A stretch of DNA of 55,189 bases, counting the filler, from Sluysia triapertura (taxonomy: Eukaryota), in the NCBI GenBank assembly GCA_046118255.1. It is 4 parts of 4 records of this genome, joined end to end, with 100 filler letters (N's around TTAATTAATTAA, not from the genome) between each part and the next. Parts side by side here need not be neighbours in the genome. Positions count along the whole stretch, not along the records: positions 26,196 to 42,709 come from JBJNIA010202374.1; 3 more parts are not named here. One strand, 5' to 3'. The notes under the pieces were generated by a model, which made no database searches, was not told the DNA's origin, and was given only the letters and a program-made list of their open reading frames with translations. This document shows, piece after piece, positions 26,761-40,547 of the stretch. How positions within the stretch are numbered: the stretch's first letter is position 1; every line of letters starts with the position of its first letter. The position numbers were made by a program, and so were the translations under genes.

Positions 26761-26899
26761 NNNNNNNNNNNNNNNNNNNNNNNNNNNNNNNNNNNNNNNN
26801 NNNNNNNNNNNNNNNNNNNNNNNNNNNNNNNNNNNNNNNNNNNNNNNNNNNNNNNNNNNNNNNNNNNNNNNNNNNNNNNNNNNNNNNNNNNNNNNNNNN
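26761..26899. other. Scaffold gap
   Basis: Run of N without the linker. Confidence 0.95.
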
Positions 26900-27009
26900 T
26901 TTTCTTTGAAATTAAAATTCTTTTTTTCTTAAAATACTACTTCTTTTCTAACATATGTACTTTTTTATCAATAACTTGAAGTATGATATTATTTAGTTCT
27001 TTGAGTTCA

Positions 27010-27460
27010 GAAAGAAATTCAAGATCAAATTAAAAACGCTGGAGTGATGAGACCAAATTTCTCTCCATTTTTATCACAGCATTATTAGTGAAGAAAAAAG
27101 TTGGAACAATGAGATTTTGCAGAGATTTTAGAGAATTGAATAAATTAACTAAAAAGACGTTTTCCCGCTGTCAAGAATAGACGAAATGTTGGATAAGTTA
27201 GTAATCACTCTTGACTTACAAAGTTTCATTGACAAATAGAAACTGCAGAAAAAGACGAAGATAAAACAGCTTTTACATGTGGTATTGAACTTTTTGAATC
27301 TGAGAAAATGCCATTCAGATTAACTAGTGTCCTAGCAATCTTTCATGTATTTTGTTTTATGTATTTCGGAACAATGATTTTGGTATATATACATTATATA
27401 AAATTTTTTTCACGATATTTCGAAACCCATGTAAAGGATATTGACAGTATTTTAAAGAAA
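27010..27460 (+). mobile_element. Ty3/Gypsy reverse transcriptase remnant
   Basis: GVMRPNFSPF..LLVKKKVGTMRFCRDFRELNKLTK / DVFPLSRIDEMLDKL / TLDL / DEDKTAFTCGIELFESEKMPF, with frameshifts. Confidence 0.88.
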
Positions 27461-27786
27461 TGGTGAAGGCTTTTTATTTTTAAATTTTAAAAAATTATAT
27501 AAAACTTTGAAAATTTCAATTAATAAGTAATTAACAATAATTTAAATAAACAAATTGCAATTCATATTAAACATTTTAAATTGAGCTTTTAAACAATAAA
27601 CAAAGTAGGCTTATGGCCTTTTGGAAACAATAAATTATACAAATAAGCAACAAAGTTGAATTTTGTATTAACGAGAAATATAAAAATATAAATAACATTA
27701 ATAAATGGATAACGTGTTAAGTTACCATGGTTACCAATTTTATCTGCACGATCACCAGTAGTAACTGTATTTGAATTTGCTGAAGC

Positions 27787-28590
27787 TAATAGAGTGCCTA
27801 TTCAATATATTAATTGACTTCAATTTATCTTCACCGGTTTTGCCAATGTTATTAAATGTTTAACTTCATATTTTGTAAGATTCAGTGCTTTACAAATATA
27901 TTGTAGCATATCTAGTAGACTTAAATAACTACCTTTGTAAATATCAAAAATAAGTTAAAACATATAGTATTCATTTCTATAAAAACAAGCAACATTTTCA
28001 GTTAATTGAAATTTACAAAAACAATAATATTCTATTTTTTAAAAAATATTTCATCATATTTGCGTGAGAATTGTTTAATATAAATACTTGGATGTATTGG
28101 TATCATAAAACAATGATAACGAACTCCATATTTGGAAGGTGAATGTCCATTAATTTGTAACCAACTATCCAACCATGATTTTGTCTCATCAAAAGTAATA
28201 GCTTCTAAGTAAACTAGTGCTTTTGCTATTTGAGTTAATATATCAACATTAGCGCATGGATCTGTAGTTAATTCTTCTAACCAGTCGAATATGTTCATTA
28301 GAGTCGAATTGAATGTAGCTCGAACAAAGTAACTTATTATTTCATAAGTTTCACTTAATTTTACTAAAAATGTAACTCGCTTTTCAAGACAATCTCTAAT
28401 TAAAGGCGTAACTCTATGAGCTATTAGTTCTAGATCATTAGTCAAATATACTTAAGTTAAAATTTTTCAAAATTTCAACATTTCTAAATGCAGAATTTCT
28501 TAAAAGGTTTACATTTATAAACCATAACTTTCCATTATCTGGTTCTAAATAATCGTTTTCACAACATTCAACTTTGACTTCGTTTTCCAT
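27787..28590 (-). CDS. Unidentified spliced gene or young pseudogene
   Basis: ATG at 28590 (MENEVKVECCENDYLEPD...), 137-aa ORF 28445-28032 with globular composition, further exon from about 27932 (SYLSLLDMLQYICKALNLTKYEVKHLITLAKP), then a 37-nt GTGAAG...AATAG intron and ALY*. I could not join the first two segments in frame with canonical splice sites. Confidence 0.45.
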
Positions 28591-31500
28591 TATATCAAAT
28601 TACCATGTCCATAATCAATTTATAATAATTTTTATATACATAATATCATTATTTTATCCATGCAAACTTTATAATACATTTAAATTTATATTTTAAAAAT
28701 TTGTGTTTCAATTTCAAATTAATATACATATTTTAGAAATTGTCCATATTAAAATCAATGTATTGTATTAAATTCTTCATCATTATCTACTAAAATTAAT
28801 AATTATCTTAAGTTAATTATTTTTTAAAAAAATTATTCAAATGTATAATAAAAATAATGATAATAAAATTTAACAACTATTTTATAAAATCCCTAAAAAT
28901 AAAAATAAAATCCGTAAAATTTAAACTTTACACGAAAATAATCAATACAAATTAACAATATATTGCCTGTGCGGTAAGTGCTATAAAAATTTTTTAACCA
29001 TCCATTGGTCTACTATATAAAATACATTGGTCATCTCTATCAAAAGTCAGGAAGTTAAAGCAATTTTCATATAAGGTAGTACTAGAGATTAACATGTAGT
29101 GTCACGCTTGTACACCTCACTTTTTACAAAACATAACCCAAGTACAAACATAACTCACATCAACCTCACTTATACATATTTCATCCACCTTATAACTTCA
29201 CCACATTTCATTCAAGTTATGAAATTTAGATAACAGAATTCCAAAAAACAAAACCACCGTAATGTACAAATCATATTAAACTATTATAAATGTATCATAG
29301 GTATTTTTGTGGATATCACTTTCCTTGTCCACTTCAGGAGCACGCCAAGAATTCTGTTATCGTCTAATTTATTATGTAGATATATGAGACACAATAAGTT
29401 TTAAATGTACATCATTTATTTGTATTTTAATTTTAATTACTCAAATATGAAACACAATTTGGTAACGTTTTCTAATATCCATTTATATGTATTATTAAAT
29501 ATATTCAATGAATTTATTAATAAGATGACAGTAAATAGCGTAAAGTGTTAATTGCATATAATAGTTTTGATATTCTATAAATAAATTTCATGTAGCAATA
29601 TAATTTTTCAATATTAAATTTGCTATTTACGAAGTGACGTTTATGTTTATTTAATCAGAGTTTGATACAGACATTTCTCATATTATAAAAATGATGTAAA
29701 TTTTTAATTTGTTTTAACATTATGAATGTTTAAAAATGAAGTTTTATTACCAGTGTTGTTAAAATGCTAAGTTTTCGAATTTAACATTTTGAATATGTCG
29801 TGCAAATCAACAACAATGATTGTCTTATGTGGGAAGGCATTAAATAAAACTGATTTTTTGGGAACATTTAAGGATCACCAGAATGTATTGGAAAGTCATA
29901 TACATTCAGCTCCATTTCTAGCAATAAAGAAAGAGTAGTAAGTAATATTATCAAGATGATTAATAGACGCAATGCTTTTGATGAGTTCGTAAAATTGTTA
30001 AATGAACTAAACCAGGATTAGTGGATCATTTAAATAATACCAAAGATAATTAAAGTTTAATGTGTTCGAAAATACGCAATTTGCAATTATCATGATACTA
30101 AGTTGAACCGTAATGTATCTGAGAAAGTTGTGAAGCTATAGGGAATCTTTTTATTAATACATTACAAAATGAACGACTAGAATATTCAGAACAAACTTTT
30201 AGTGTTACGTAGTTTAGAAGAAATTCTAATTAAAATAAAATTTATTAATAAAATTAATAATTTAAATATACAAGGAATTGAAATGAATAATATCGAAATC
30301 AATTTGTCCATGAATGTTTTAAATGATGACAAAAATAATAATAACGTAGTTATATCAGTTTGCACTATTTCGAATTTTGAAATAAACAAATTAAGTGTTC
30401 ATATTGTTAGTCCTGAGTTTTATTATGAAAAACCGTTATAATTTAAATTTAATTGTTTAACCAGATAGAGTTGATTTTAGTTTTGGAACTCGTCTTAGTG
30501 TTGAATTAAGAATTATTTATAGTTCCATTAAACAAAAACTAAAACGAATAATCAATCAGGAAGCGATGAAACGATTTGTATCCCTTGATGAGCTTTATAA
30601 TTCGAATTATAATTTAATAAACGTGATTCGTTTCGATTCATCATTGAAGAATCTTATGTGTTCTCAGTTATCTTAGAAAATTCTAAGAACTTACCTTTAA
30701 GAAAAATGAAGCATGTGATTAAAACAAAGTTTTAAATTTATACGTATGTGTTTTTGCCCGTGGACCCGGATAATTTGGTCAAGATTATTTTCGGTGCACG
30801 GGTTCGAATTGTTGTACAGAAGATATAAAAGGTGTATGTAAAGTTTTTATTTATGTTCGTTATTTTTATATTAGTATTTCTCGATTCTTGTTAGCTTTTG
30901 GTTTTTCTTTTTTATTGATTATACCAGATGCTTAAGATTTTTCATTTTTAAAAGGAGTAAGAGAGTTGTTTATGAGCACGATGTTAAGTTTAAGTGTCTC
31001 AGTTCTTTCCATACCGATTTAATGAAAGATGTTATTTGTAATAATAAGACACAATATTTGAAACTGCATCATGTTGAACACATTTTTGAGTATAAACTAC
31101 GGATAGTGTGTTAAAGTAATGATTCAACGTTTTCAATCGACTAATGTTCAACATGTGCTTTCAAATATGGATCGTAAAGAATTTGCCAGTAGCAACACTC
31201 AATACATCCGCTCGAATAGTGTCAAAGCTCATGTTTTTTCGTGTTTTTCTCTTTCCATAAGTTTTAGATTATATGCTCTGACTGCCTACGAATCTAAAAA
31301 CGAACACGCTGCGGACCACATTAATCGAAACTTTCGGTGCGATCATCACAGGTTCGGGACTCGTCGTGTTTTTACAATTTGCATTAAAACTTATCAGAAG
31401 TTAAGAACCACAAGTAGTATGAACGTTAAAATTATAAATGTTTTCTCTGTACACTCAATATATTTCGATTTTAGTTACTTAATTTTATTTTTCCTTATTG

Positions 31501-32245
31501 ATTTTATTAATGGTTTTCATTTTTTAGTAAAATTTTAATAAAATGCAAGTTTTCTCCAATTGGTAAATCTAATAGCAATTTGCAGAACTTTAAGTCGTCC
31601 GACTTTCGTTATATGCGAAAACACTTTGATCTCCATTTTTTTGTAATATAACAAAAGTAATAACGCCTTACGACCACAACACATGTGACCCAACTGGTAT
31701 GTAGAAGGTCATTACTTCCATCTGTAATACATTGTCATATCGCTATTTTTATTATTTAATTCTATAATTCTATAAAATTTACAGTACTTCGCTGCAATTC
31801 AATACATGAATTATTGAAAATAAGTGAAGTATTATAATTAGACATTGTCAGAAATTACATCACTTAAGCATGAAAATGTTAGAAGTTCGGCCATAACTAA
31901 TCAGCAGAAAAGGTTTGTTTATTTAAAATTTACAGTGGCCAAATACTCCAAAGATATTCAAAATATTCCAAATCTGTGAAATAAAAAAGTTGCCAACGAG
32001 TTGTGAGAAAGTTATGCAAATGATTGATGATTATTTTATTAACTAAACAGATTTGGAATTTATGCTTTTTCCATAAAAACTTTCTTTTGTAGTTAATATT
32101 TAAAATGATTATTAAGTGAATTAAATGATTATCACAGTACTTTATTTAATATGATTTTTAAATTGGAATTTTATTTGCATTTTAGGAATTCATTTATTCT
32201 ATTATTATTATCATTATCAATTGTATTATAATTTATTACTTTCAG

Positions 32246-35096
32246 ATCGACCAACAGCTTACCCAGAAACCAGTGTCTATATTTGTCAATTTAAGTATTT
32301 TATTGAGGAGAAATTAGCTAAGAAATTAAAGAAAGGATTAAAGGTTTGTCATGATTAAAAAATTATTTTTTGATATATGCAAATATATTTAACAATTTGT
32401 AATACTTTTAAATAGCTTTTTAATCAATCAACCGTGTACTTTATATTAAGGAAATATGCTTCCATAATTTTGAGGGATTGAATATTTTCAAAAAAAGCTT
32501 CATACAAATTAGGACTACTCTTGTAATTATTTATCCTTCATTTTGATGTCTTACTATTAATTTTTTTATTTAAACAAAATTTTATTATCAATTTTATAGT
32601 CAGCTTAAGGCCTGGCAAAGCCAAGTTTGCATATGTTAGCGAGGTAATTCACTTAAAACTAAACAAAAGACAAACAATGTTAATATGAATTTGATAATAT
32701 AAATTACCTAACAACGTTCTGAAACGTTTTTTTTGTAATTTTTTGCAATCTCTTCTATGACCTTTTATATCACTTATTTCAGAGTTCGCTATGTGATATT
32801 TAACAAAAATTATTACTAATATTGAGATGCTACTGATTCTAATCTTCTTATAACATTAATAAAACTTTGCAATATTTCATTCCATGTTTGGTCTTTTTTA
32901 CTAACATATTTAGCTATTTACAAGTTCTCGAATCATTATTTGTTTCTTCTACCATACTCATGTAATTACGATTTTCACATAATACGAACATATGAGCACT
33001 TTTGGTACAATAAATACTTCTTGATCTATTTAATGAATTATCACTGCAAGTCGATATTCCTTTTTCAATTTATGTGACATTTCTAATTTTTCATTATTGT
33101 AGTTAGCACTTTTCAAAACTTTTAATTCTACATATTCGAATTACTTACTTTAAAATATAGTATTAAATCCAATTTAAGCAATCACTGCTACATCAGTTCT
33201 TTTTATGCATTTCATCTATACCTATTCCGGGAATATATCATAATTGCCATTAATTCCATGTATGCATCCACAAAACATGACTTTAGAATACTTTTGTTTG
33301 CGTTTCAAAAAAGTTAAAGATGCTTGTAGAGAATCCAATATGATTGATAGTGATATGTAAATTAATTTATAGAACTCATTTTTTTACTTAGAACAAATTT
33401 TCATTTAATATTTCAATATTACTTGATTTTTTATTTTATTTTTATTGTCATAATTATTAAAATCATCGTAATAATAATATAATTAATTAATAAATGCAGA
33501 GACAATAATTACAATTACAATGAATGTATGTGATTGAAATACAAAATCATATTTTTCTATTAACAAAAACAAGTGATGAAAATTAAAAATAAATAATAAA
33601 TACAATTTACGAAAGAAACAGTTATAGTGAATGTAATAATAACGACATAAGTAGAATAGTAAGACAATAATGTGATAACAATATTTATTCATAAATTTAT
33701 TCATAATTACTTTATCATTCAGAAAAATGGCTAGGTTTATTTCAGTCCCAATATTATTTAATCGAACATTGTAAGAATTTATTTCAATTCCTATAAGCAA
33801 TACAAGGAATTTTATAATTGTATTTGACACAATTGCATTCGCTTTTAAATTTCTTCATTAAATAAAATATTTCGGAACACTTACACATAAGATTCAGAAA
33901 TGGTGAATAGATTGGCCATTGCTCATGTGGGATACTATTGATTTATTATTGATAAAATTGTCGAAACGAGATAGTTTCTTCGTCAGCATCTTGATTCAAG
34001 AAGTACATTTCAGATTTCGTCGGAGAACGTGAATATCGAGTTTTTCGTCAAGTAATTATGAATAAATAAAATCAAAAGATAGGCTTCCATTTCTAATTAC
34101 AGATGAATTAGCATGATGTTTCAATTGACTTGTTAATCATATATGTTCGATTAGAATGTTTTGTATGTGCTGTCCAATTTGCGAAAAAGTGTTGATTAAT
34201 AGTTACTAATATTTTTTATAACTACTTCTATTATAAAACCATGAACATGGAGTATCTAATAACATTAGCTTATTATTATTATTATTACATAATATGGTCG
34301 AAGATTAACATCAAAAGAATACATCAGTTTACAACTTTTTGGTACAATTACTTTCGAGCCGAATTTATTTTCAAAGAATTCTCGATTAATTGGAAATTTC
34401 TCCGAAACACTAATTTAACTGTTCAATGATAATGATTTTCGAGAAGGTACAGGAAGAGAATTTTACGATATTTATCAAGCATTCTTATAAATTTATTATT
34501 GTTTTGAAAAAAATTGAACTTGAATTAAGTGACTCCATTGAAATCTGAATTGGCAACTACTGTGGTATATTCTCATTTCATTGGGTAGACAGTAAAATCA
34601 CTACATAGTGACTAAATTTAATATTTGAAATGTCAATAATGATATCAATAATGATATTAATGATTATTTTCTTAATTAAAAATTTTAATTATTATTAAGC
34701 TTTTCATAATGCTTTATCTTAAAGTATTATCATAACATTATGATGCGTTTAGAAGATAGTAAGGTTCTTTCTAATAATGATTTCACATTATGTGTTTAGA
34801 ATACTTTTTAAATTACATATTACAAAGACTTTTGCTTATATGCTTAAAGTTGTACTACAGATTGTCAGAAGTTTGATTGGAAAGTTAATTGATGAATGCG
34901 GTTAAGATAAATGTGTTTTGAATATCATAGGATTGGCGTAAACTGATTTTTCAAATGAATCAAAATCTCTGAAATATGTAGTAAGTTGTAAGAATTGTGA
35001 TGCGTTGAATATGTAAATGCTTTGTATTGAATGTTTTGATGTTTTTGTCGTTGAAAAACATTATTAGTTATAGAATATTATTTATTATTATAGTTA

Positions 35097-35155
<59 letters not shown>

Positions 35156-38100
35156 CAGTATAATTTAGATGGTGATGATGATATATTAATTCATGATATT
35201 TATACTTTTGTTAAGTACAAAGTATTTTTATATTGTTTATTTCTGTTTATAGTTTTGTTTTATAACTAAAACAATAATTTACTGTAATGAATTATTTTTA
35301 TTATCTAGATTCCTAGGAAAAATGTTGGTAATTAAATTTTTAAATTATTTGTTTAAAGTTATTTTAATTATTTGTATTTACTTTTTGACAAATTTGTACT
35401 AAATATTAATAAATATTGATATTTTTCACGTATTTGTTTATAGGAAATTCATAACTTTTTTTAAAGATAAAAAATATTTTATCTTAATATTAAATATAAT
35501 CATTTTTTCATTGGTTACTTTCTCGTATGTTTCATACGTTTTTTTAAAAATATAAAACTGGATTATCTCGATATTTTAAACTCTATACTTAACACAATAT
35601 TACGAAATGGTTATTTGTTATCTTGTTATTTTGTTTTATTTCTTGTTCAACGGAAACAGAATAAGTTAAACTAAGTTTCTATGAAGTGATTATATATTTA
35701 TAATGTTAATATAATAGTACAAGTGACAATTGGTTAAACTTTTGACAATCTTTTGTTCAATGGTTATCTAATTTTATTCGACTTTAATTTAAATTTGTTA
35801 AATTACAAAATGTCCACACTCTTAACAATTCCGAAAACTGTTTGAATAATTTACTTGTACTAATTTTCTCTACATTTGTTTATTTTAAAACGAGCTTATT
35901 AAACTTACCTGGCAAATTTGTTTAAATGTTCTTTGAGTTTACTTATAGTAAAAAGCTTAGAACTTGTACTAGGATCTATTTTTTATGAAATTATGCTTTA
36001 TATTGTGAATGAAAATCCTTATTCAGTAGGTTTGGTTTTTTTCAGTTAGTGAATAATTTCTTATTTATTGTTGACAATGGTTTGTTAGTTATTGTAGTAA
36101 ATCTTATTATTTCACTAGGTGTATTAGATGTTATAATTCAAAAACAAAATGAGCGCAACTAATTAATATAATGATATTATTTATAGATAATAAAAATATT
36201 CTCTTAAAGTTTAATAAATTACCTTTATCGATATCCCTTAAAATAAGTAAAATTGATTTGAATAATTTTAATTTTTGTAGTAAATTTGTTTACTTAATCG
36301 ATAAAATAAACATTGATTGTTTGCTGTATGTTTGACTTAACACCTTGTTAGGTTCACTAAACAAGTAATACTTTTTAGATGTATTCTACGTTATTATATA
36401 CGTCAATAATACACATCAAAAGAATTTATATTTTTTCTTACATTATTGAATTTTTGTACTAATCGTTTTAGAAATAAATGTGACAAAAAATTATTTCAAT
36501 TTATACAAATAATTAAAATAGGTACGTAAACAATTAATTTTTATAAAGTACATAATTTTTTCATTACAATAATTTGTATATTAATAAAATTAAAAACACT
36601 CAAAACGCACTACAAATTATATTCTGTAATAATCTGTATAGTCTTATATTATGGCTTTATGGCCATTTTTCTCTATAGATACTGGTTAATTATAGTACAT
36701 TTGATCATTTTGTCGATATATTTCTACTATGTACTTTATTTATATCGGCTTTGTTAGGATTCACTTTTAGTGAAATTTTCATGTTTTTTGACAACTGAAT
36801 TTGATCCGTAACATTTTCTGAATGCTACTTAAGTATGATGGATTCTTGGTTATTCCTTCAAATTTGTCTATTAGTTAGTGGCTTCTGATCCTTATTACTT
36901 TTTGTGTTTATGGAGATACTTTTTAATGGATATTTAGATGTTTTTAGATATTTAAAGTGTGAAAATATAATTTTATTGATAAAATATCTTTAAATCATTT
37001 TCAACGATATCTACAATATTTTACAATTTTGAGGCTCTTATTGTAACAAAACAAGTAAATAATACAATTCAGGGAAATGTACTTTCTTATAAATCTATCT
37101 GAAGACTTTTATTATCAGTTACTGTTATAATTACATATATTATAGGTTAAATCATCGCGACTTTTGAAGATTTAACTCGGATATTCAACTCGGCACACTT
37201 TGTAAATCAGGAATGTTTTTGGAATTTACTGTTGAATTTGATATTGCTCCAATTTTTAAATGAATTTTATGAAAACTTTTGATAGAAAAGCGAAATCCAA
37301 AATTTTTCATTTCAAATGGTTTAAATTTAGTTAATTTTAAAATTTGATAAATTTAGTCAATTTTAATATTACTGACAAAAACGTGAATAATTCCCACTAT
37401 CATAGCCTAAAAAATTGAAACAAAAATCTAATGAATGTTCAATTATTTGTAATTATTGAACACTAACACGTAAATTTTATATATTCAGAAAGTTCAATTA
37501 TCTACGAAAGCATTGGATGACGAAATATTTTTCTTTGCTCGTGAATTGGTTCCTAATAAAGTTAGTCTATTGTATGTATATTACACATCAGATTTCATAT
37601 TTTTATTGTTTTGGAATTTAGGCACATAAGTATTAACTTTATAAAAAAATAGCATTTATCATTTCTTAAATCATTGAAATAAAAATAATAAAGCTGAAAT
37701 CAATATTTATGAATGTTTTATGTCAAAACAATTTTTCTATATAAATATTACCGCAAATGTACTCAGAAGCAATGGGCAGGTGATTTGTCAAACGCATTTT
37801 AGTTTACAGAACGTAATCTAAAGGAAGGTGAAAAATGACGGCAACTTAATGTTACTTACTTTATCACATTGTCAAGTATTATAAGCAAATGATTCATCAA
37901 ACATGATTAAAATGAATGAATTATTTAATATTTTCTATTTTAGGAACCTTCTCCTTTATTAGCAGAAACTTCAAAGGAACCTCTTAGACATGAATACATA
38001 AATCGTTTGGTATGTATGTCCTCAGCTCCAATTTCATTACCCAGTACTTCTACAGGAGGATTGTATCTTAGTACTGGTCCTCTACCAAGTACACCTTCAA

Positions 38101-39769
38101 CTACATCAACTGTTGTCACTACAATTCCCTACACAATGCAAAATGCTCCTCCAGTAGTAATGACTACGAATCTTGGTGGTGCTAGCAGTAATTCCATTAC
38201 TGCACCATCTTCAGTCAATACATCATTTTATCTTAATAACGATGAAGACTCAAAAGACGCTATATCAATCACTTTGGATGAATCAATATGTGGTGTGTCA
38301 TCAATCGGATCTTCTAGTGGTATTCCAACTTTATCTTCAAGTAATATACAGAACACCAGTAAAGATTCAAGTTTAGTAAAAAGACGAAGTGAAAAGAAAA
38401 GCAAAAGAAGTCATCGAATTGCTCCTGTTAGTAACGAATCTCTATAAGTCTATGAAACTAAATGTCAATTTTCCTAACTTTTAGATCACTATAATCAACC
38501 TGCATTTTATACACTGATAGACAAATTTCAAACTAGTTAATCGTGATACAATAGCTAAATATTGGAAAAATTAAAATTAAAATGCTTTAAAATTACGATT
38601 TTTATGAATACAGATTTTGACTATTTCATTTCCAAATAAAACTTTAGTTTACGAAACAGCGTTTCACAATTCTAACGAATTTTCTCTAAAATTTCAGGGT
38701 GGAATTCGTAAACCACCAAGTGGATACGTCATTTTTGCAGCCGAATTACGTAAGAAATTGAAGGATGAAAATCCAGGAGCATTATTCGGTGATATTAGCC
38801 GAGAAGTTGGACAAATGGTTAGTATTGTTTTAATTTTTTTAATTGGTTTAAATTGGTTTTAAATCTAATCTGACTCAAGAAATACCTAAGTTAACGAATA
38901 GTTTTATTGTTATTTAAACATTATTAAATATATTAATTTAAAGACCATTTTTTCCAAGACATGAATTTTTGCTTAACATTGGATATTATTAAACTTTGTA
39001 CCTTATTTCAATATTGCTTCGAATTATTTTCAAGAGATACCATTTAATGGTTGTATTTGAAAATTTTACGCAAATAAAATAATTATTATTGTATTCTACT
39101 TGTAATTCAAAGTTTAAGAAATATTTATAAACTTTTTTACAATGACTTTTTCAAGCTTATAATTTAAGAAATTCTAACTTGTTTTTAATTTCAAATAAGG
39201 ATTTAATTAATTTAATTTCAAATTTTAATTTATTTATTATTATCATTATTATAAGGAAATATAACTATTTAATTTTATCATTAAAAAATTAAATAAACTA
39301 TACTAAGAAGCAAATTCAACGTTTTAATATTCTCGATAACCTCAGGAAAACATTTTTAAAATCTGAGAATAGAAAGTATAGATCATGTGGTGGAACTGCC
39401 ACTTATAAATACTAAAACGGAAACATAATGGAAGTGGAAACACATGTCGTTTTATTAAAATAGAAATGTAGAAAACGATTACTAGCACGCACAAACCAAT
39501 ACAAATAATCACTTAATAATTATACAGGAAGCATAAATAAATTATATTATGTTCAAACCAATATTACAAGAAAAAACTAACTAATGTAGTAAATAATTCG
39601 TTTTACGTTGAAACATAAGTATTAAAAATTATAGTAGAATAAAATATGAAAACTTATTCTTTATAAAGTGAAGTTTTATAAAATATTGTAAATTTAGTAA
39701 AATGGAAGCATATTTTTTAAATCATATGAAAGAAAATATTAATCGAAAGAAAACATTCATCATCATCAC

Positions 39770-39827
<58 letters not shown>

Positions 39828-39988
39828 GTGGCGTGACTTAAGTAAGGCGGAAAAAAATATATATGTGCGAAAAGCCGTAGAAATAAAACGCGTAATGGCA
39901 TCTCAGTGTTCAAGTTCAAAAGAAGCGAGACATGCAATAGCACAGGCTGAAGCAAATAACCAGACAGCAAATGCAGCCAGTGTTTCTG

Positions 39989-40044
<56 letters not shown>

Positions 40045-40508
40045 TAAGCTGCTGCAGTTTCTAGCATTCCTACCGCTGTTACATCTAATCTTAATGCGTC
40101 TTTACAGCAACAAGTTACACAGATATCAGGCTCTCCTACCATCACAAATATTATTCGATCACCTGCACAAAACCAACAACAATCTCTGATGATTGCCAGC
40201 AATCCACAACAACAGATTTCGGTTGATTAATTAATGATTTTTTCATATTTTAAATGTTTACCTAAAAACGTTATTATAAAACGAAAACTTTACCAGATTT
40301 CCTATACTTGATTTTGCAAGTAAAATTCTTAAACCTAATTTCTGCTATTTATATTCATATTTGCAATGTAAAAGTATGATACAGAAATTATGAAATTTAT
40401 TCAATATTAAAATTAATATATTTTAATATAAAAACTTTTTATATAAAATCTTCGACTACTAATTCAAAATCATCCATGATTTCAATCTTTATAATTTGTA
40501 ACTATTGG

Positions 40509-40547
<39 letters not shown>

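Noticed and set aside
31119-31538. 139-aa ORF (likewise 22697-23164, 33483-33830, 41040-41300)
   Set aside because: No recognisable domain or splice structure; consistent with chance ORFs or decayed debris in AT-rich DNA.
25167-33350. Alternative genetic code (stop reassignment) to explain interrupted frames
   Set aside because: Interrupted regions also contain frameshifts and all three stop types, while PBRM1 and PHYHD1 exons are clean under the standard code; ordinary decay explains it.
35159-35215. Extra PBRM1 exon after (ATT)n-ACAG (YNLDGDDDILIHD)
   Set aside because: The flanking exons already join colinearly with PBRM1 (GLK|KVQLS), and no convincing in-phase donor is present.
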